Shown here one piece after another: positions 15,560 through 28,000 of a stretch of 64,000 nt of DNA. Positions within the stretch are counted from its first letter, which is position 1; every line of letters starts with the position of its first letter. The position numbers and the translations under genes are program-made. The notes beneath the pieces were generated by a model. It was not told the origin of the DNA. It searched no databases and saw nothing but the letters and a program-made list of their open reading frames with translations. The stretch comes from Planctomycetota bacterium (GTDB taxonomy: Bacteria > Planctomycetota > MHYJ01 > JACPTZ01), in the NCBI GenBank assembly GCA_016192525.1, contig JACPTZ010000132.1:4202-68201 (forward strand). The letters are read 5' to 3'.

Positions 15560-18500
15560 AGCCCAAAGGGCGAGCGCCGGCGAGTTCGGAGGGATATTGA
15601 CATCCCGAGGGCCGCGAGTGCAAGCCAAAGAAGTGAGCTGCCGGCCGGTCCGGATCCGGTCGTTTCGACCAGACAGCCTCCCCCGCTTCCTCCTCCGCCG
15701 TCTCCGCCGGAAACAGTCCCTCCCGTGGACGAGTCCGAAGAGGTGGAGGCGGCCGGGGCGCCTGTGGCGGAGGTGGAAGCCGCCGGAAGGGGCACGCCGA
15801 TCCCGCCGGGGTCCACGATCACCCCATTCGCCGCGCCGTCCGCATCCTCTGGTCCGCCGTCGGTGAGCGTAAGCGTGACTGCGTTGTCTCCGTCGCCCAG
15901 CCCGGAGGCGCCCGCAAAAGTGGCCCAGCCGGTGGTGAATTTCAGATATACGGCGTTGGAGGGAATGTTCGTCGAGGCGTCATAGGTGACCGTCACCGTG
16001 ACGATCGGCGCCCCGCCGGTGTTCACGTTGAAGCGGAGGAGCCCCAGCGGCATCGTGTAGCCGGAGGGTCCCCCCCCCGTCGCCGACGTATTCTCGAGCG
16101 GCGTGGAGTACCCCGCGGTGACGACCCGCGAAAGCGTCGCCCCGGGCGTCGAGGTCCCGATCACGATCGTATCTCCGGCGAGGTCGGAGAGCCCGAGGGC
16201 GTCGGCCTCACTTTCGGAGAGCGTGAAGTCGAGCGTCGCGGCGTCGCCCTCCGTGGCTGCAGACTCCAGCGCGTTCACGATGCCGTCTCCGTCGGAGTCG
16301 ATCGGCGCCGCCGGGTCCGACCCGATCTCTGTCGCGTCGGTCGCCCCGTCGCCGTCGGTGTCGGCCGATTCGGGATCGGTTCCGATCGCGATCTCGTCCG
16401 CGTTCAGGAGGCCGTCCCCGTCGCTGTCCGCCCCTGCCGGAATGGGGCTGGTGGCGGCGAACTCGGTGTTGCCGTAGGCCCCGACATTGACGCGGTCGCC
16501 GTTGTAGTAGGGCTCGAGGTTGTAGGGATCGGCCGGGTCTCCGGCGTCCACGGTGGGGGAAGCGCTCTGTTCGCGATAGTCCCCGGGCACGAACAGGGGG
16601 GGAAGCGAGATCGAGCCGGGATCGGCGGTGAGTCCATCGTAGTCGGCCGTCCCGCTCGCCACGACGTCGTTGTAACGCAGCGTCGCGAGAGGCGCCGCCG
16701 GGGCATCGGCCCGGATGCCGTAGAGACCGGCTCCCGAGACCAGGACGTTCCGGATGGCGCTCTGCGCATCGGACAGATCGATCCCGATGCTTCCCGCGAG
16801 CGGGGCCGACCAGACGACACTCAGATGGTCCAGCTCGACATCGGCGCCGTTCGAGGCGCGCACCCCGACGGCACAGTCGAGGAAGACGACGTGACGCGCC
16901 AGCGCCACGCCTCCATCGGCCTCCAGCCCGACGGCGGCATTCTGCACGGTGACCTGTTCGAGACGGGCGGGGTCGCCGCTGGAAGAGGTCACCGAGAGGA
17001 CGGCGCCGGCCATCCCGCGACCGTCGAGATAAGTCGAGTGCGGATTCACGCCGGCGAGGGTGACCCCTTCCGGCAGCGAGAGCCCCGTGAGGAACCCGTA
17101 GGTGCCCGCGTTGAGCCGGACGGTGTCTCCGCTGGAGGCCGCCGCCAGGGCGGCCGCAATCGAGGCATAGGCCGCACTCCCGCCGCCGGAAATCTCCAGC
17201 AGAACGGAAGGCATCGGAATCACGGTCGCATACAGGGCCGTGCTCGGGAGCCCGCCGGTGTCGACGGCGACCAGCGAGAAGTCGTACGCGACATTGTTCG
17301 ACAGCCCGCTCCAGGCGTACGTCCCGGAGGATCCCACATCCACGGCCGGGCCGTACGCCCCGGTTCCGCTGATCGCCACGGCCGCCTCGTAGTGGTCGAT
17401 ATCGAACGAGGGGCTCGCGCCCCAGGTCAGGACGGCCCCCCCATCGGCCGGATCGGCCACGAAGGAAGCGGGCGGGAGTGACGGCAGATTCACCCCGAAC
17501 GTCTGCGGGACGGAGGGGGGGGACGCCGCGCCGTTGGAATCGATGGCCCGAACCGCCCACACCACGGCCGCCCCGTCCCCGAAGGGGCCGAGGGCGATGC
17601 TGGTGAGCGACGTCGGAGAGGACTCGGTGAAGTCGAACAGATCGCCGTCGTCGTCGTGGCGGACGACGTACTCGACGGGATCCCCGTTCGGATCGGTCAC
17701 CGGGTCCCAGCTCAGCGTGACGCCGGGAGTCCCCAGGACGACACCGCCGGTGGGCGAGAATCCGCTGGAAGGGGGAGGCGGGGCGGCATTCGCGCCGGCG
17801 AAGGCGTAAAGCGACCCGCTGCGGGTGGCGACGAACACCTTGCCATCGGCAATCGCCGGCGAGCACCCACAGGGCATGTCCAGAGCGAACGACGCGTCGA
17901 GCGCCCCCGTGGCCAGGTCGAAAACGAGGAGGGCGGGCGTGTTCTGGGCGGCCAGGAAGAGGTGCGTGGTACTGAGTACGGGAGGGACAAGGGCCCCCTG
18001 CACCGGCTCCGTCCCCACGATCTTCGCCCACCACAGGAGGGCTCCCGAAGCGGCATCCCTGACGAAGAGGATGAGGTCGGTGAAGCGAACATCCCCGGCC
18101 AGATAGGCCACGCGACCGAGCGCGGAGGCGGGCGAAGAGGCGTGGACGTCCCCCCAGACGGGCGCTCCCTCCGGATTGTCGATGGCCACGTCCCAGAGGG
18201 GGGAGCCGTCGGCGAGGGACCGGGCATAGAATCTCCCATGCCCCTTTCCCGGCACGAAGAAGGCGCGTCCGTCGAGGATCGACGGGCTGGAAGCATAGAG
18301 CATCCCGCCGGAGGGAACATTCCAGAGCGGGGCGCCGCTCACCGCGTCGAGCGCGTCGACAGATCCGGCATTTGACCCGATGATGACCTTGCCGCCGGAC
18401 ACGGCGGGGGAGGAATAGCTGACTGTCTCCAGCGGACGGGTCCAGAGCGTGCTTCCCGTGGCGGTGTCGATGGCGAGGAGATCGGGAAGCGGGAATCCCG

Positions 18501-19023
18501 CCGCGACGTAGAGGGTGCTGTTCGCCACCACCGGGGAGGACAGGGTGTTCCCCCCCGTCGAAACCTGCCAGAGCAGGGCGCCCGTCCCTGAATCCAGCGC
18601 GTTCAACGTCCGGTTCATCCCCGCGACAAACACGCGCCCGGCGTCCACGGCGGGGCCCGAATTGACGGAGTTGCTCAGGTAGTCGACGATCCGCACGGAA
18701 GCAGGCCACGCGGGATCGCCGTCCGACGCGCTCCTCGCATGGACCCAGCCGTCGGCAGTGCCGACAAAGACCGTCCCGTCGGCCACGGCCGGGGAGGAGA
18801 ACACGGGAGCCGTTCCCAGCGACACCCGCCAGCCGCCGTCCGACGGATCGGAACTGAGCGGGAGGGGAAGGACCTCGGAGCTGGCCCGATTGCCCGCCTC
18901 CGTTCCGCCTCCGGACGGCCAGTCGGAAGCCGGAGTCCATCGAATCTGCAGGACGCCGACGAGGAGGAGCACGGCGATGGACGCTCTTCGCGCAAGGATC
19001 ATGGAATCACGACCCATCTTCAT
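15550..19023 (-). CDS. Multidomain surface protein: PQQ-like beta-propeller, 2x FN3, right-handed beta-helix, thrombospondin type-3 repeats, beta-sandwich, Cys-containing C-terminal sorting-like tail (partner of the 4,826-aa giant)
   Basis: 1157 aa with an N-terminal signal/anchor. It has PQQ/BamB-like blades (DWPSGGG..., GTVFVGTADGWVHA, ALDSGTGALLWQ) and FN3-like units (LSWDPVTDPNGDPVEYVV; LTWGASPSFDIDHYEA). A beta-helix follows (GDTVRLNAGTYG...LAG...), then DxDGDG TSP3 repeats (DSDGDGLLNADEIAIGTDPESADTDGDG). It ends with LTLTDGGPEDADGAANGVIVDPGG and the tail GGGCLVETT...LLWLALAALGMSISLRTRRR. Confidence 0.85.
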   Translation of the reverse strand: MKMGRDSMILARRASIAVLLLVGVLQIRWTPASDWPSGGGTEAGNRASSEVLPLPLSSDPSDGGWRVSLGTAPVFSSPAVADGTVFVGTADGWVHARSASDGDPAWPASVRIVDYLSNSVNSGPAVDAGRVFVAGMNRTLNALDSGTGALLWQVSTGGNTLSSPVVANSTLYVAAGFPLPDLLAIDTATGSTLWTRPLETVSYSSPAVSGGKVIIGSNAGSVDALDAVSGAPLWNVPSGGMLYASSPSILDGRAFFVPGKGHGRFYARSLADGSPLWDVAIDNPEGAPVWGDVHASSPASALGRVAYLAGDVRFTDLILFVRDAASGALLWWAKIVGTEPVQGALVPPVLSTTHLFLAAQNTPALLVFDLATGALDASFALDMPCGCSPAIADGKVFVATRSGSLYAFAGANAAPPPPSSGFSPTGGVVLGTPGVTLSWDPVTDPNGDPVEYVVRHDDDGDLFDFTESSPTSLTSIALGPFGDGAAVVWAVRAIDSNGAASPPSVPQTFGVNLPSLPPASFVADPADGGAVLTWGASPSFDIDHYEAAVAISGTGAYGPAVDVGSSGTYAWSGLSNNVAYDFSLVAVDTGGLPSTALYATVIPMPSVLLEISGGGSAAYASIAAALAAASSGDTVRLNAGTYGFLTGLSLPEGVTLAGVNPHSTYLDGRGMAGAVLSVTSSSGDPARLEQVTVQNAAVGLEADGGVALARHVVFLDCAVGVRASNGADVELDHLSVVWSAPLAGSIGIDLSDAQSAIRNVLVSGAGLYGIRADAPAAPLATLRYNDVVASGTADYDGLTADPGSISLPPLFVPGDYREQSASPTVDAGDPADPYNLEPYYNGDRVNVGAYGNTEFAATSPIPAGADSDGDGLLNADEIAIGTDPESADTDGDGATDATEIGSDPAAPIDSDGDGIVNALESAATEGDAATLDFTLSESEADALGLSDLAGDTIVIGTSTPGATLSRVVTAGYSTPLENTSATGGGPSGYTMPLGLLRFNVNTGGAPIVTVTVTYDASTNIPSNAVYLKFTTGWATFAGASGLGDGDNAVTLTLTDGGPEDADGAANGVIVDPGGIGVPLPAASTSATGAPAASTSSDSSTGGTVSGGDGGGGSGGGCLVETTGSGPAGSSLLWLALAALGMSISLRTRRRSPFGLSS

Positions 19024-19070
19024 GTCTGGCCTCTCACCGATGCCCCGCCGCCGATTCCTGCGCCGGTCCC

Positions 19071-22000
19071 TCAGGGACCGTCTGCGGTCCGGTCCACATA
19101 GTAGATAGTCCCGTTGCTCGAGCCGACGATGACGAAGTGCTTGTAGCCAAGCCCTCCCGAGGCCGGCACGAAATAGTCCATCGCTACATCGCTCATCTTG
19201 TCGGTGGGCGCCCCCAGCTGATAGGTGGCCACGGTCGTCGGCGCGCCGGAAATGTCCACCACGAACAGCTTCCCGCCGTTGTTGGGGACATAGATCACGT
19301 TTCCATTCCGATAGACCCCCCCCTCAATCGGGGTGCTGTCGGTCGGGCCCCCCGGCCGGTACCGGGGCTGCAAGACGGCCGCCTGAAAGCTGAGTCCATA
19401 GAGATATCCGTAGCTGTCGGCGAAGTGCACCTGCCCCCAGAAGATGTCGGCCAGCCCCGTGACCGCCCCGATGTCATTGGGAGAGCCGGGAGCGTACGGC
19501 CAGTTGTAGCCGGCGTGGCCCGAGGCCACACCGAAATCCCTCAGATCGGTCGTCGGATAGGGAAGCGACGCCGCGTACTGCTGTCGTCCGTCCACCACGT
19601 GGAATTCGCTCCCGGTCGTGCCGACGAAGGCGGCTCCCGAGGAGCCGACGACGATGGCCGCGTTCACCGGGGCGTCCGTGATCGCGGTCATCTCAGGTCC
19701 GAGCGGGACCTTGACCTCGACGCCGTAGAGCGTGTTCGCGCCGATGAACATCCTCCACGGGAGCGTCAGCGTGTCGATGGCGGGAGCTGAGGCCACCGGC
19801 GAGGTCGGCGCGTTGACGAAGAAATACTGGGTGGGATCCGCGTGCACGCCGCTGTTGGCGGCATGGACCGAGCCGATCCCCGACACCCCGGCGAGCCTGG
19901 GCGAGCCCTTCACCGTGCTTCCGGTGGTGTGCTTCCGGGCCTTGACGGAGGTCCCCAGGGCGTGCGCCAGGGTCAGTCCCGAAACCCCGGTGAACCTCGG
20001 GGTGGGCGAGGTCGTCTTCCCCGTGTACGTCACCACCTCCTGACTCCCGCCGGTGTCGACCCAGAGGCTCCCGGAAGCGGCAAAGCCGGTGACGCCGACG
20101 ACCTGAATCACGGCATCGGAGGGATTGAGTGCCACCGACGTCGTCGTTTCATAGAGCCCGCCGCTGATTCCGGTGAATTTCGCCGTGGGGACCGATTGCA
20201 GTCCCGTGTACGTGACCGTGGAGACGGTTGAGCCCGTAGTGACGGTCATTGATCCCGAGGGAGGGTATCCGCTGACCGACACGACGGACAGTTCCGTGTC
20301 CGCGGGCAAAAGGTCCGCCGTGGTGGTGGTCGAGGGCGAGACATATCTGTCCGTATAGGTGACCACGTCGGCGGAGGCGCCGTCCATGATCCGGATCGTC
20401 CCGGCGCTGGGGAAACTCGTGACCGTATTCATGACAATCTCGGTGGCCCCGGGATTCGCCGGCAGACTGAGGGAACCGGAGGGGGCGCGGTAGGCGAACA
20501 ACCCGGCATCCGCCCCCTGGGACCCGCCGAAGAAGATGAAGTGGTCGCCGGCGGCATAATAGGCGTTCTCGTAGTCGTTCGAGAAGGGAACCACCGAGGA
20601 GGTGATCCCGTTCCCGACATCGATCGGGTTGGTCCCCCACGCGGCCCAGGGAACAAGGGCCGCTCCGGTGTTCACCAGGGCATAGAGCATCCCCGCGTCG
20701 GTGCCGATGAAGACGAGGCGCTCCCGCGGATTCACGGGGCTGGTGTCCCAGAAGGGGAGCCCGACGACGGCGCCGTTCGCGGATGGAATCGCGAACTCGA
20801 ACATGACGTTGCCGTACCGATCCAGGACGTACACGGCGTCGTCTCCGGTCCTCTTGGAGGTGACGTAGGTGGCATACCACTCGCCCGTGTCGAGATCGAA
20901 CGCCGGCGTCACGAACAGTTGCGGCTCGCCCTGCACGGCCGGAGCCACGCTCTCGGTCCACAGAACGACGGCCTCACCCGCCTGGGCCGGGGTCTCCAGG
21001 GTGTTGTTGCTGTTGACGTCGTTCTCCAGATCGAAGGTCTCCCCGGAACGGTCGGACGCCACCATGGAGGGGAATTCAAACCGGGCGATCAGGGTGGCGC
21101 CGCCCGACACGGAGGCATTGACATTGGTCCCCGCGGCGCTGTCGAAGGTGCAGTCCGGCGCTTTGAGATCCACGACAGCCCCGGGGGCGCCGCTCCGGAG
21201 AAGCGTCAGGGCGGTCCCTCCGGCGAAGTCGATGAAGGCGATCCCCTGGAGGGTGTCGGACTGGCTGCCGGAGGTGATGACCGCGGCGGCCTCGATGCGC
21301 AGGGCCGAGCTCCCCGCGGACGAGAGCCGGAGACCGTTCACGTCGAGCGTCCCGCCGACCGTCATGAAGGGGGGGGAGGCGGGCGCGGCCAGGCTGGTGA
21401 TGCCGGCGGACGCGGTCGTGATCTGGGCTCCGATCCCCCGGAAGGGGTCGGGCACGGCGGGGACGCCCCCGATTCCGGTGAGGGCGTTCGGGCCGGTGGC
21501 CGTCCCCGTGTAGGTCACCGCCTGACCGTCCACATAGACCGTTCCGGAGGGCGGGAACCCGAGGGTGGTGCCCACCTCGATGTTCCCGGTGTTGTCGGCG
21601 GAGGAGACCTCTTCCGTGGCCGAGGTCGCCGCCGTTCGGGTCGTGCGCAGGGTGCCGTTGATCGCCACGCCCTGGCCGCCGCTGATGCGCAGCGAGGGCG
21701 CGGCGGCAGAGGTGGCATTCATCAGGAGTGTCGCCCCGGCCGATGTCGCCAAACCAGCCGCGGTGAGCGTGGTCGTCCCCAGATCCAGGGTCCCGCCCAG
21801 GATCTCGACAAGGCCGGCCGCGGTGGTGTCTCCCCCCACGGTGACGGTCCGCGCCCCGGCATTGATCTGAATCCGGCCGTACGTCGCGGGGAACAAGGTG
21901 CGGTCGGTGCTGGAGTCCTGGTAGCGGCAGAGCGAAGTCGCCGCCATCGCAAAGGTGTCGGGGGCGGTGAACGCCGAGTTCAAGTTGAGCGTCCCCGCCC

Positions 22001-25000
22001 CGGTCCAGGTCAGGCTTCCGCCGCTCCCGTTGAACGTCCCGTTGCAGGTCAGCGTACCGGTGACGGCCGTGATGGCCCGAGTCCCGCTCCCGCCGAAGGT
22101 GAGGGTGGAACCCGCGGGAACCGTCACCGTGCGCACGTCGATGTTGAGCGTCCCCTCCGTGATCGTAAGTCCCCCCGAACCCAGGGTGAGATTGCTTCCC
22201 AGCGTCACGGTCTCGGAGGACTTGCTGACCTCGAAGGCGGCGATCGGCAGCGTTCCCGGAGTCGCGGTCTGGGCGACCGTTCCGGTCATGAGAATTTTCC
22301 CGGCCGACATGCTGATGGTGCCCGTATTGGCCAAATTTCCGTAAATCGAGAGGGTGTTCGCGGCGCTGATCGTGAGAATCCCGGTGGTGATCTGCAGCCC
22401 CCGGCAGGAGCCGGCGGCATTCAGGATCGGGTCGTTGGCCACGTTGAGAATGACGGCGTCGATCGTCGAATTGGGCACGCCGTTGTCCCAGTTCAGGCCG
22501 TCGGTCCACGCGGTGCCGTTGTTGCCGGTCCATCGCGTCGGAACGTTCCAGGAGATCTTCCCGCCGGCGACGGTGTCGGCCGCGCCGGTGGTGGAGTCCT
22601 CGTCCTCGGTGGAGTCGCCGCCGCCGGTGACGAGCGACATCGTGATCGTTCCGGTGTACTCAGGGCGGCAGGAGACCGTGAACTGGGATGTCCCGTCGAA
22701 GGTGCAGCCCAGGGACGAGAGGATCTGGGCCCCGGTGTACTGAAGGTTCAGGAACCGTCCCCCGACTCCGGTCCCGGAGGTGAAGACAACATCGTCCACT
22801 GCGGTGAAGGTCGAGGCGCCCCCGAGGAGAAGCCCCGAGGCGTCCGGATAGCTCAGGTTGAGTCCGGCGATGTTGACGGTCCCGTTGAGGGTGATTCCCC
22901 ACGTCGAGGTGGCGGTGCTCGTCAGGGTCGGCTTTACCGAGCTGGCGGTGGTGGTCTGGAAGGTGCCGTCCACCTGGACGGTGGCGCCCGGGGCCAGACG
23001 CAGGAACGTCCCCCCGGTGCTCCCCGCCAGCCGGAGCGTGGCGGCGGCGGCGACGGAGAGGTCGGGCGTGGCGCCGGTGTCGGTCAACGCAACCCGGCAC
23101 ACCCCCGGCGCCGTCACGAGCAGCGTGCCGTCGCTCACCGTCAGGGCGCGATTCACATCCACGGCGCCGGAGATCGTCGCGGCGCGTCCGGTCATGTTCA
23201 CCGAGAGATTGCAGTAGGTCTCGGGGGCGATCGTGAGATCGCCGCTGGTGCGGTCGTAGAGGACGGTGCTGGAGGCCCCGGGTTGAAGGTCGCCGAGGCT
23301 CGTCAGCGGTCCGCCGATCTGCAGGGTGGCGGCCCCGGTGAGGTTGATGAGGCCGGTCCCGTTCGCATTGAGGGTCCCGTTCGAGTCGATGGTCGCCGTC
23401 CCGGCGCGGAGTTCCTGACCGGAGGAGATGGCGATCGTCCCGGCGACCGTGACGGAATTCGCCCCGAGGCTGAGCACCCCGGAGGTCACGTTCAGGTCCC
23501 CCCCGAGGGTCAGGGCGCCGGCGGTGGTGGAAATGAGCCCCGATCCGCGATTCAGCGTGAGGTGGTGATAGTTGGACGGCGCGGGGACCTGAATCTGCTG
23601 ATCCCCGGCCGCCGCGGAGCGATACGAAACCGTGCAACCCGCGAAGGAGGTGAAGGTCCCGAGGCTGGTGACGCCGTTCCGAAGGATGAGGGAGCCCGTC
23701 CCCGTGAACGTGACGTTGGCCCCGCCGGCGTTGAAGGTGCTTCCGCTGTCCACGCTCCCCCCCGCGATCTGGAGCGTGGAGCCGCCGGAGACGGTCACGG
23801 TCCCGGTCACGGCGGCGCCGTAGGCGGAGGTGGCGAGCGTGCCGCCGCCGCTCACGGTCAGATTCCCGGCCACGACGATGGCCCCGCCGAGCGTCGCGGT
23901 CCCCGCCGTCTTCGGAATGTCGAGATGGTAGTACTGGGCGACGTTGTCGACCGTCTGAGCGCCTCCGGAGTTGTATCGTACCGTCCCCTGGGAGGCGGAG
24001 AGCGATCCGAGGTCGGTGACGGGACCCCCGAGCTCCAGGACCCCGGCGCCGGAGAACGAGATTGTCCCCCCCGTCCCGTCGAACGTCCCCGAGGCCAGAT
24101 CGAGCGTTCCCGTCCCGATCGCGAGGGTGGCGATGCTCGTGACGTCGCCCGCCACGTTGACGGTGGCGCTCCCGACGTCGAACGTCCCCTGATTCACGGT
24201 CAAGCTCTGCCCGATCGACAGGGTGAGCCCGGTCGGCGCCGAGGCGACGATCCCCATGCACTGAATGATCAGGTCGTTGTACCCGGTGACGCCGTTGCGG
24301 GAAATCGTGTGGTTCGAGTCGGACCGGGCGTAGCGCACCTGCCCGGTGGACGGGGTGAGCCACACGGTGGGATCGGCGGGGAAGGTCGTCGCCGCACCGA
24401 ACGTGACGATTCCCGATCCGGTGAAGACGATCGTGGCGCCGGAGACGATGGTGCAGGCGCCGTTGAAGTTCACGACCCCGGTGCTGAGCGACAAGGCGCC
24501 GGCGGAGAGATTGGTGGCGCCGGACACGATGAGGGTGTTCCCGTTGACGTCGAGCGTACCGGCGCCGATCGTCAGGCCGCCGCTCACCGTCACCGTCCCG
24601 GCGGCGGTATCCGCCGTGGCGCCGCTCCGGTTGATGGTCAGGTTGTAGTACGTGATGGCCTGAACCGTCTGGACCGGTCCAGCCCCGGCATCGTAGGTGA
24701 TCTTCCCGGTCCCCGGGGTCAGAGTCCCCAGGCTGCCGGCCGTCCCGCCGAGGCGCAGTTCGCCTCCCGTGTTGAACACGATCGCCGACCCCGCCCCGGC
24801 CGTGAAACCGCCGTTCACGTCGAGGATATGGTCCGTGGCCGCCGCAAAGGACAACGTCTTGTTGTTGGCGAGCGCGCCCCCGACCGTCACGGTCCGACCC
24901 GAAGCAATGGTGGTGTTCGACCCCGGCGCGGCGGCGATGGTGACGTTGTTGAACGAGGTCGCGACGGCGGCGCCGCCGATGGTCTGACTCGTCCCGTCGA

Positions 25001-28000
25001 AGGTGAAGGTGCTGGTGGAAGCGGTGAACGTCCCGCCATGGTGCGTGAAGTTCCCCGCCAGAGTGTGCGTGAAGCCCGCGGCATTGAAGGTCCCCGCCCC
25101 GCTCTCGAGGATGAGGTCGCCCGCGACGTCGAAGATGCCGCCCGCGGTCAGGTTCCCGGTGGTAAGGCGGAGGTTGCCGTTCACCACGAGAGGGACGGCC
25201 GCCTCGGAGGTGGCCGTGCTGCCCCCCGTCTTGGCGATCTCGAGATGCTGATACGAGACGCCCGTTGCGAGGATCTGCTGCGCCCCGGCGCCGTCGTAGA
25301 TGAAGCTGTCGGTCGATCCGGGGGCATAGGTCCCCAGATTCGTCACCGTCCCTGCCGCCCGGACGGTACAGGCCCCGCCGCAACTGATCCCTCCCCCGGC
25401 GAGATTGATCGTCCCGTTGGCGTCGAGAATCCCGGTCGTCAGATCGATGTCTCCGGTCCCTCCGGAGGTCTGGAGGGTCCCGTTCACCGTCAGCGTATAG
25501 GCGCCCACATTGAGGTTCCCCTGGCTCAGGGTGCAGTTCCCGGAGACCGTCAGGTTGGCCAGGAGGGAGAGGCTGCCCGCGGTCTTGTTGACGGTGAAGT
25601 TGGTCACGAGGCCGTCGCCGGCCGTCGTGCCGCCGGTATCCACGCTCTGGGTGTTGGCCCCGTCGAAGACCAGCGTGCCCGCGGTCATGTTCAGGGCACC
25701 GGTCGTACCCACAGTGAAGTCCCCCGAGACCGTAAGGGAGAGGGCGGCGTTGGACATCGTCAGCGTGCCGGTGGTGATCTGGATCGATTTGCAGAAGCCG
25801 TTCGCATCGAGCGTGGGTTGCCGGGTGGCGCTGGGGATGCGAAGGTGCTCGGAACTGGTCGGGGCGAACCCGGTGTCGGGCGTCCAGTTCGCCGTATTGC
25901 TCCAGGCGGTGCTCGAGCTGCCGTCCCAGATCCGTTCGATCGGCCAATCGATCTCGTGGACGGGCGGGTTCTGGATCCCGGCCTCGCTGTCGTTCTCGTA
26001 CAGGGCGCCGGCCCCGGAACCGGTGGCGCTCAGCAGCTCCACCAGCCCGGTGTATCCCGCCCCGGAGGTGACGACATTGTACTGCGGCGGCGCCGCCCCC
26101 GGATTGACCGAGCCGAAGGAGCAGGTCGTGAACACGTACGAGGTGGCGGTCACCATCCTCAGGTTGATGAAGCAGGTATAGGCATACGACACGGCCACGG
26201 TGGCGACGCTGGAGAACGCGACCTCATCGATATCGCTTGCGATCGACGCGTCGCTCATCAGGTGAAGCCCGTCCCCGTTCAAGTAGGAGAGATTGAGGCC
26301 GTTCAGCGTCACCCGCCCCCCGTTCCGGACCGTGAACGGGTAGGTTCCGGCCGCGAGACGCGTGATCGTGGGGGTTCCTCCCGAGGTCGAGGCCGTCAGG
26401 ACGCCGTTGGCCGTCACCGCCGTTCCGACCGAGAGCGATGTTCCCAACCGAAGGGTCGCGCCGCCGGTCAGGGAGAGGGTGCCGACACCAGTGACCGTCG
26501 CAGCGCCGGAGACATCGACCGCGGAGGAGGCCGGCATCGACATCGTTCCCGCGAGGACTTCGAGGATTCCTCCGACGGCGACGGTCCCCCCGGTCGCCGT
26601 CGTCACCGTCTGGCCCGTCGCGTTGATGCGCAGGTCGTAGTACGACGCCACCCGCAAGGTCTGGGCGGAGGCGGTGTCCTGATAGATGACACGGGAGGTC
26701 CCCGCCGAGAGGGTCCCCATGGCGGTGACCGGGCCGTCCAGTTCCAGGACGGCGCTCCCCCCGGAGAAGTTGATGGTCCCGCCGGTGGCGTCGAACGTCC
26801 CGTCCGCGTGGATCGTCCCCCCGGTGGCGCGCAGGGTGCCGGCCACGGTCACATTCCCGGTGGCGGTGATCCCGTTCGCCGCAAAATCGAGCGTGCCGGC
26901 GGAGATCGTCAGGTTTCCCCCGATAGAGAGCGGGCCGGCGGTCGTTGAAGTCTGTCCGGAGCGGTTAAGGGTCAGGTGGTGGTAGTTCGAGGGGGCCGGG
27001 ACAAGCACCTGCTGGTCTCCGGCGCCGGACTGTCTATAGACCACGGTGCAGCCCGCGGCCGAAGTGAATACCCCCAGGCTCGCGACGGCCCCGCGGAGGG
27101 TGAGCGTGCCGGCCCCGGTAAAGGTGACGGCTCCGGTCGTGCTGGCGGTGAACGCCCCGCCAACGTCGAGCCCGCCGCTGGAAATCGTCAGCGCCGCGCC
27201 GTCCGATATCGAGCAGGCCCCGCTCAGCGTCACGGTGAACAGCCCGGCGGCGAAGGTGCCCGAACTCACCGTGAGCGAGGCGGCGGAAAAACTCCCGGCG
27301 GCCGTGGCCGTGCCGGCCGCCTTCGCGATCTGGAGCGCGTTGTACGACACCGCCGCCACCGTCTGGTCGGCCCCGGAGTCGTACCGCACCGTCCCGGATC
27401 CGCCGGTGAAGGTGCCCAGGCTGGTGACCGACCCGCCAAGATAAAGCGAGCCGGCGCCGGGAAACCCGAGGGTCCCCCCGGAGGCGCTGAACGATCCGTT
27501 GGCGTCGAGCAGGCTCCCCCCGTTCAGATTGAGCGTCCCCCCCACGCTCGTCGAACCGGTGACCGTGACCGTGGCGCCGGTCACCGTGAGCGTGGAGTTG
27601 ACGGAGAGGTTTCCTCCCGCATTGACCGAGCCGTTGATCGTCTTGGTCCCGGTCCCGGAGACGGTCAGGGAGAAGAGGGTGGTTGTCTGTGACCCGCCGA
27701 ACGACTGGGTCGCCCCGTCGAGGGTCACCGGACCGGTCGTCACAGAGAACGTCCCGGCGGTGTTGGAGAAGTTGCCGCCGAGACTCAGGCTCTGGGCGCC
27801 GAGGGTGAACGACCCCGACGAGGACATCGTCAGGTTCCCCTCCACGTCGAGCGCGTTCCCGGCCGAGAAGCCCCCGGCGTTCTGGACGATGAGATTCCCG
27901 TCGACGTCCAGGGTCGCCGCCGCCGCGGAGGCCGCGGTGCCGCCGGACTTGTCGAGGGTCAGGTGGTAGTAGGTGAAGAGATTCGTGGGAATTGTCTGGG

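Noticed and set aside
15296-15985. A 229-aa plus-strand ORF spanning the palindromic element and the 3' end of partner2.
   Set aside because: It is antisense to well-supported genes and crosses an intergenic palindrome, with a Pro/Ser/Ala-rich composition.
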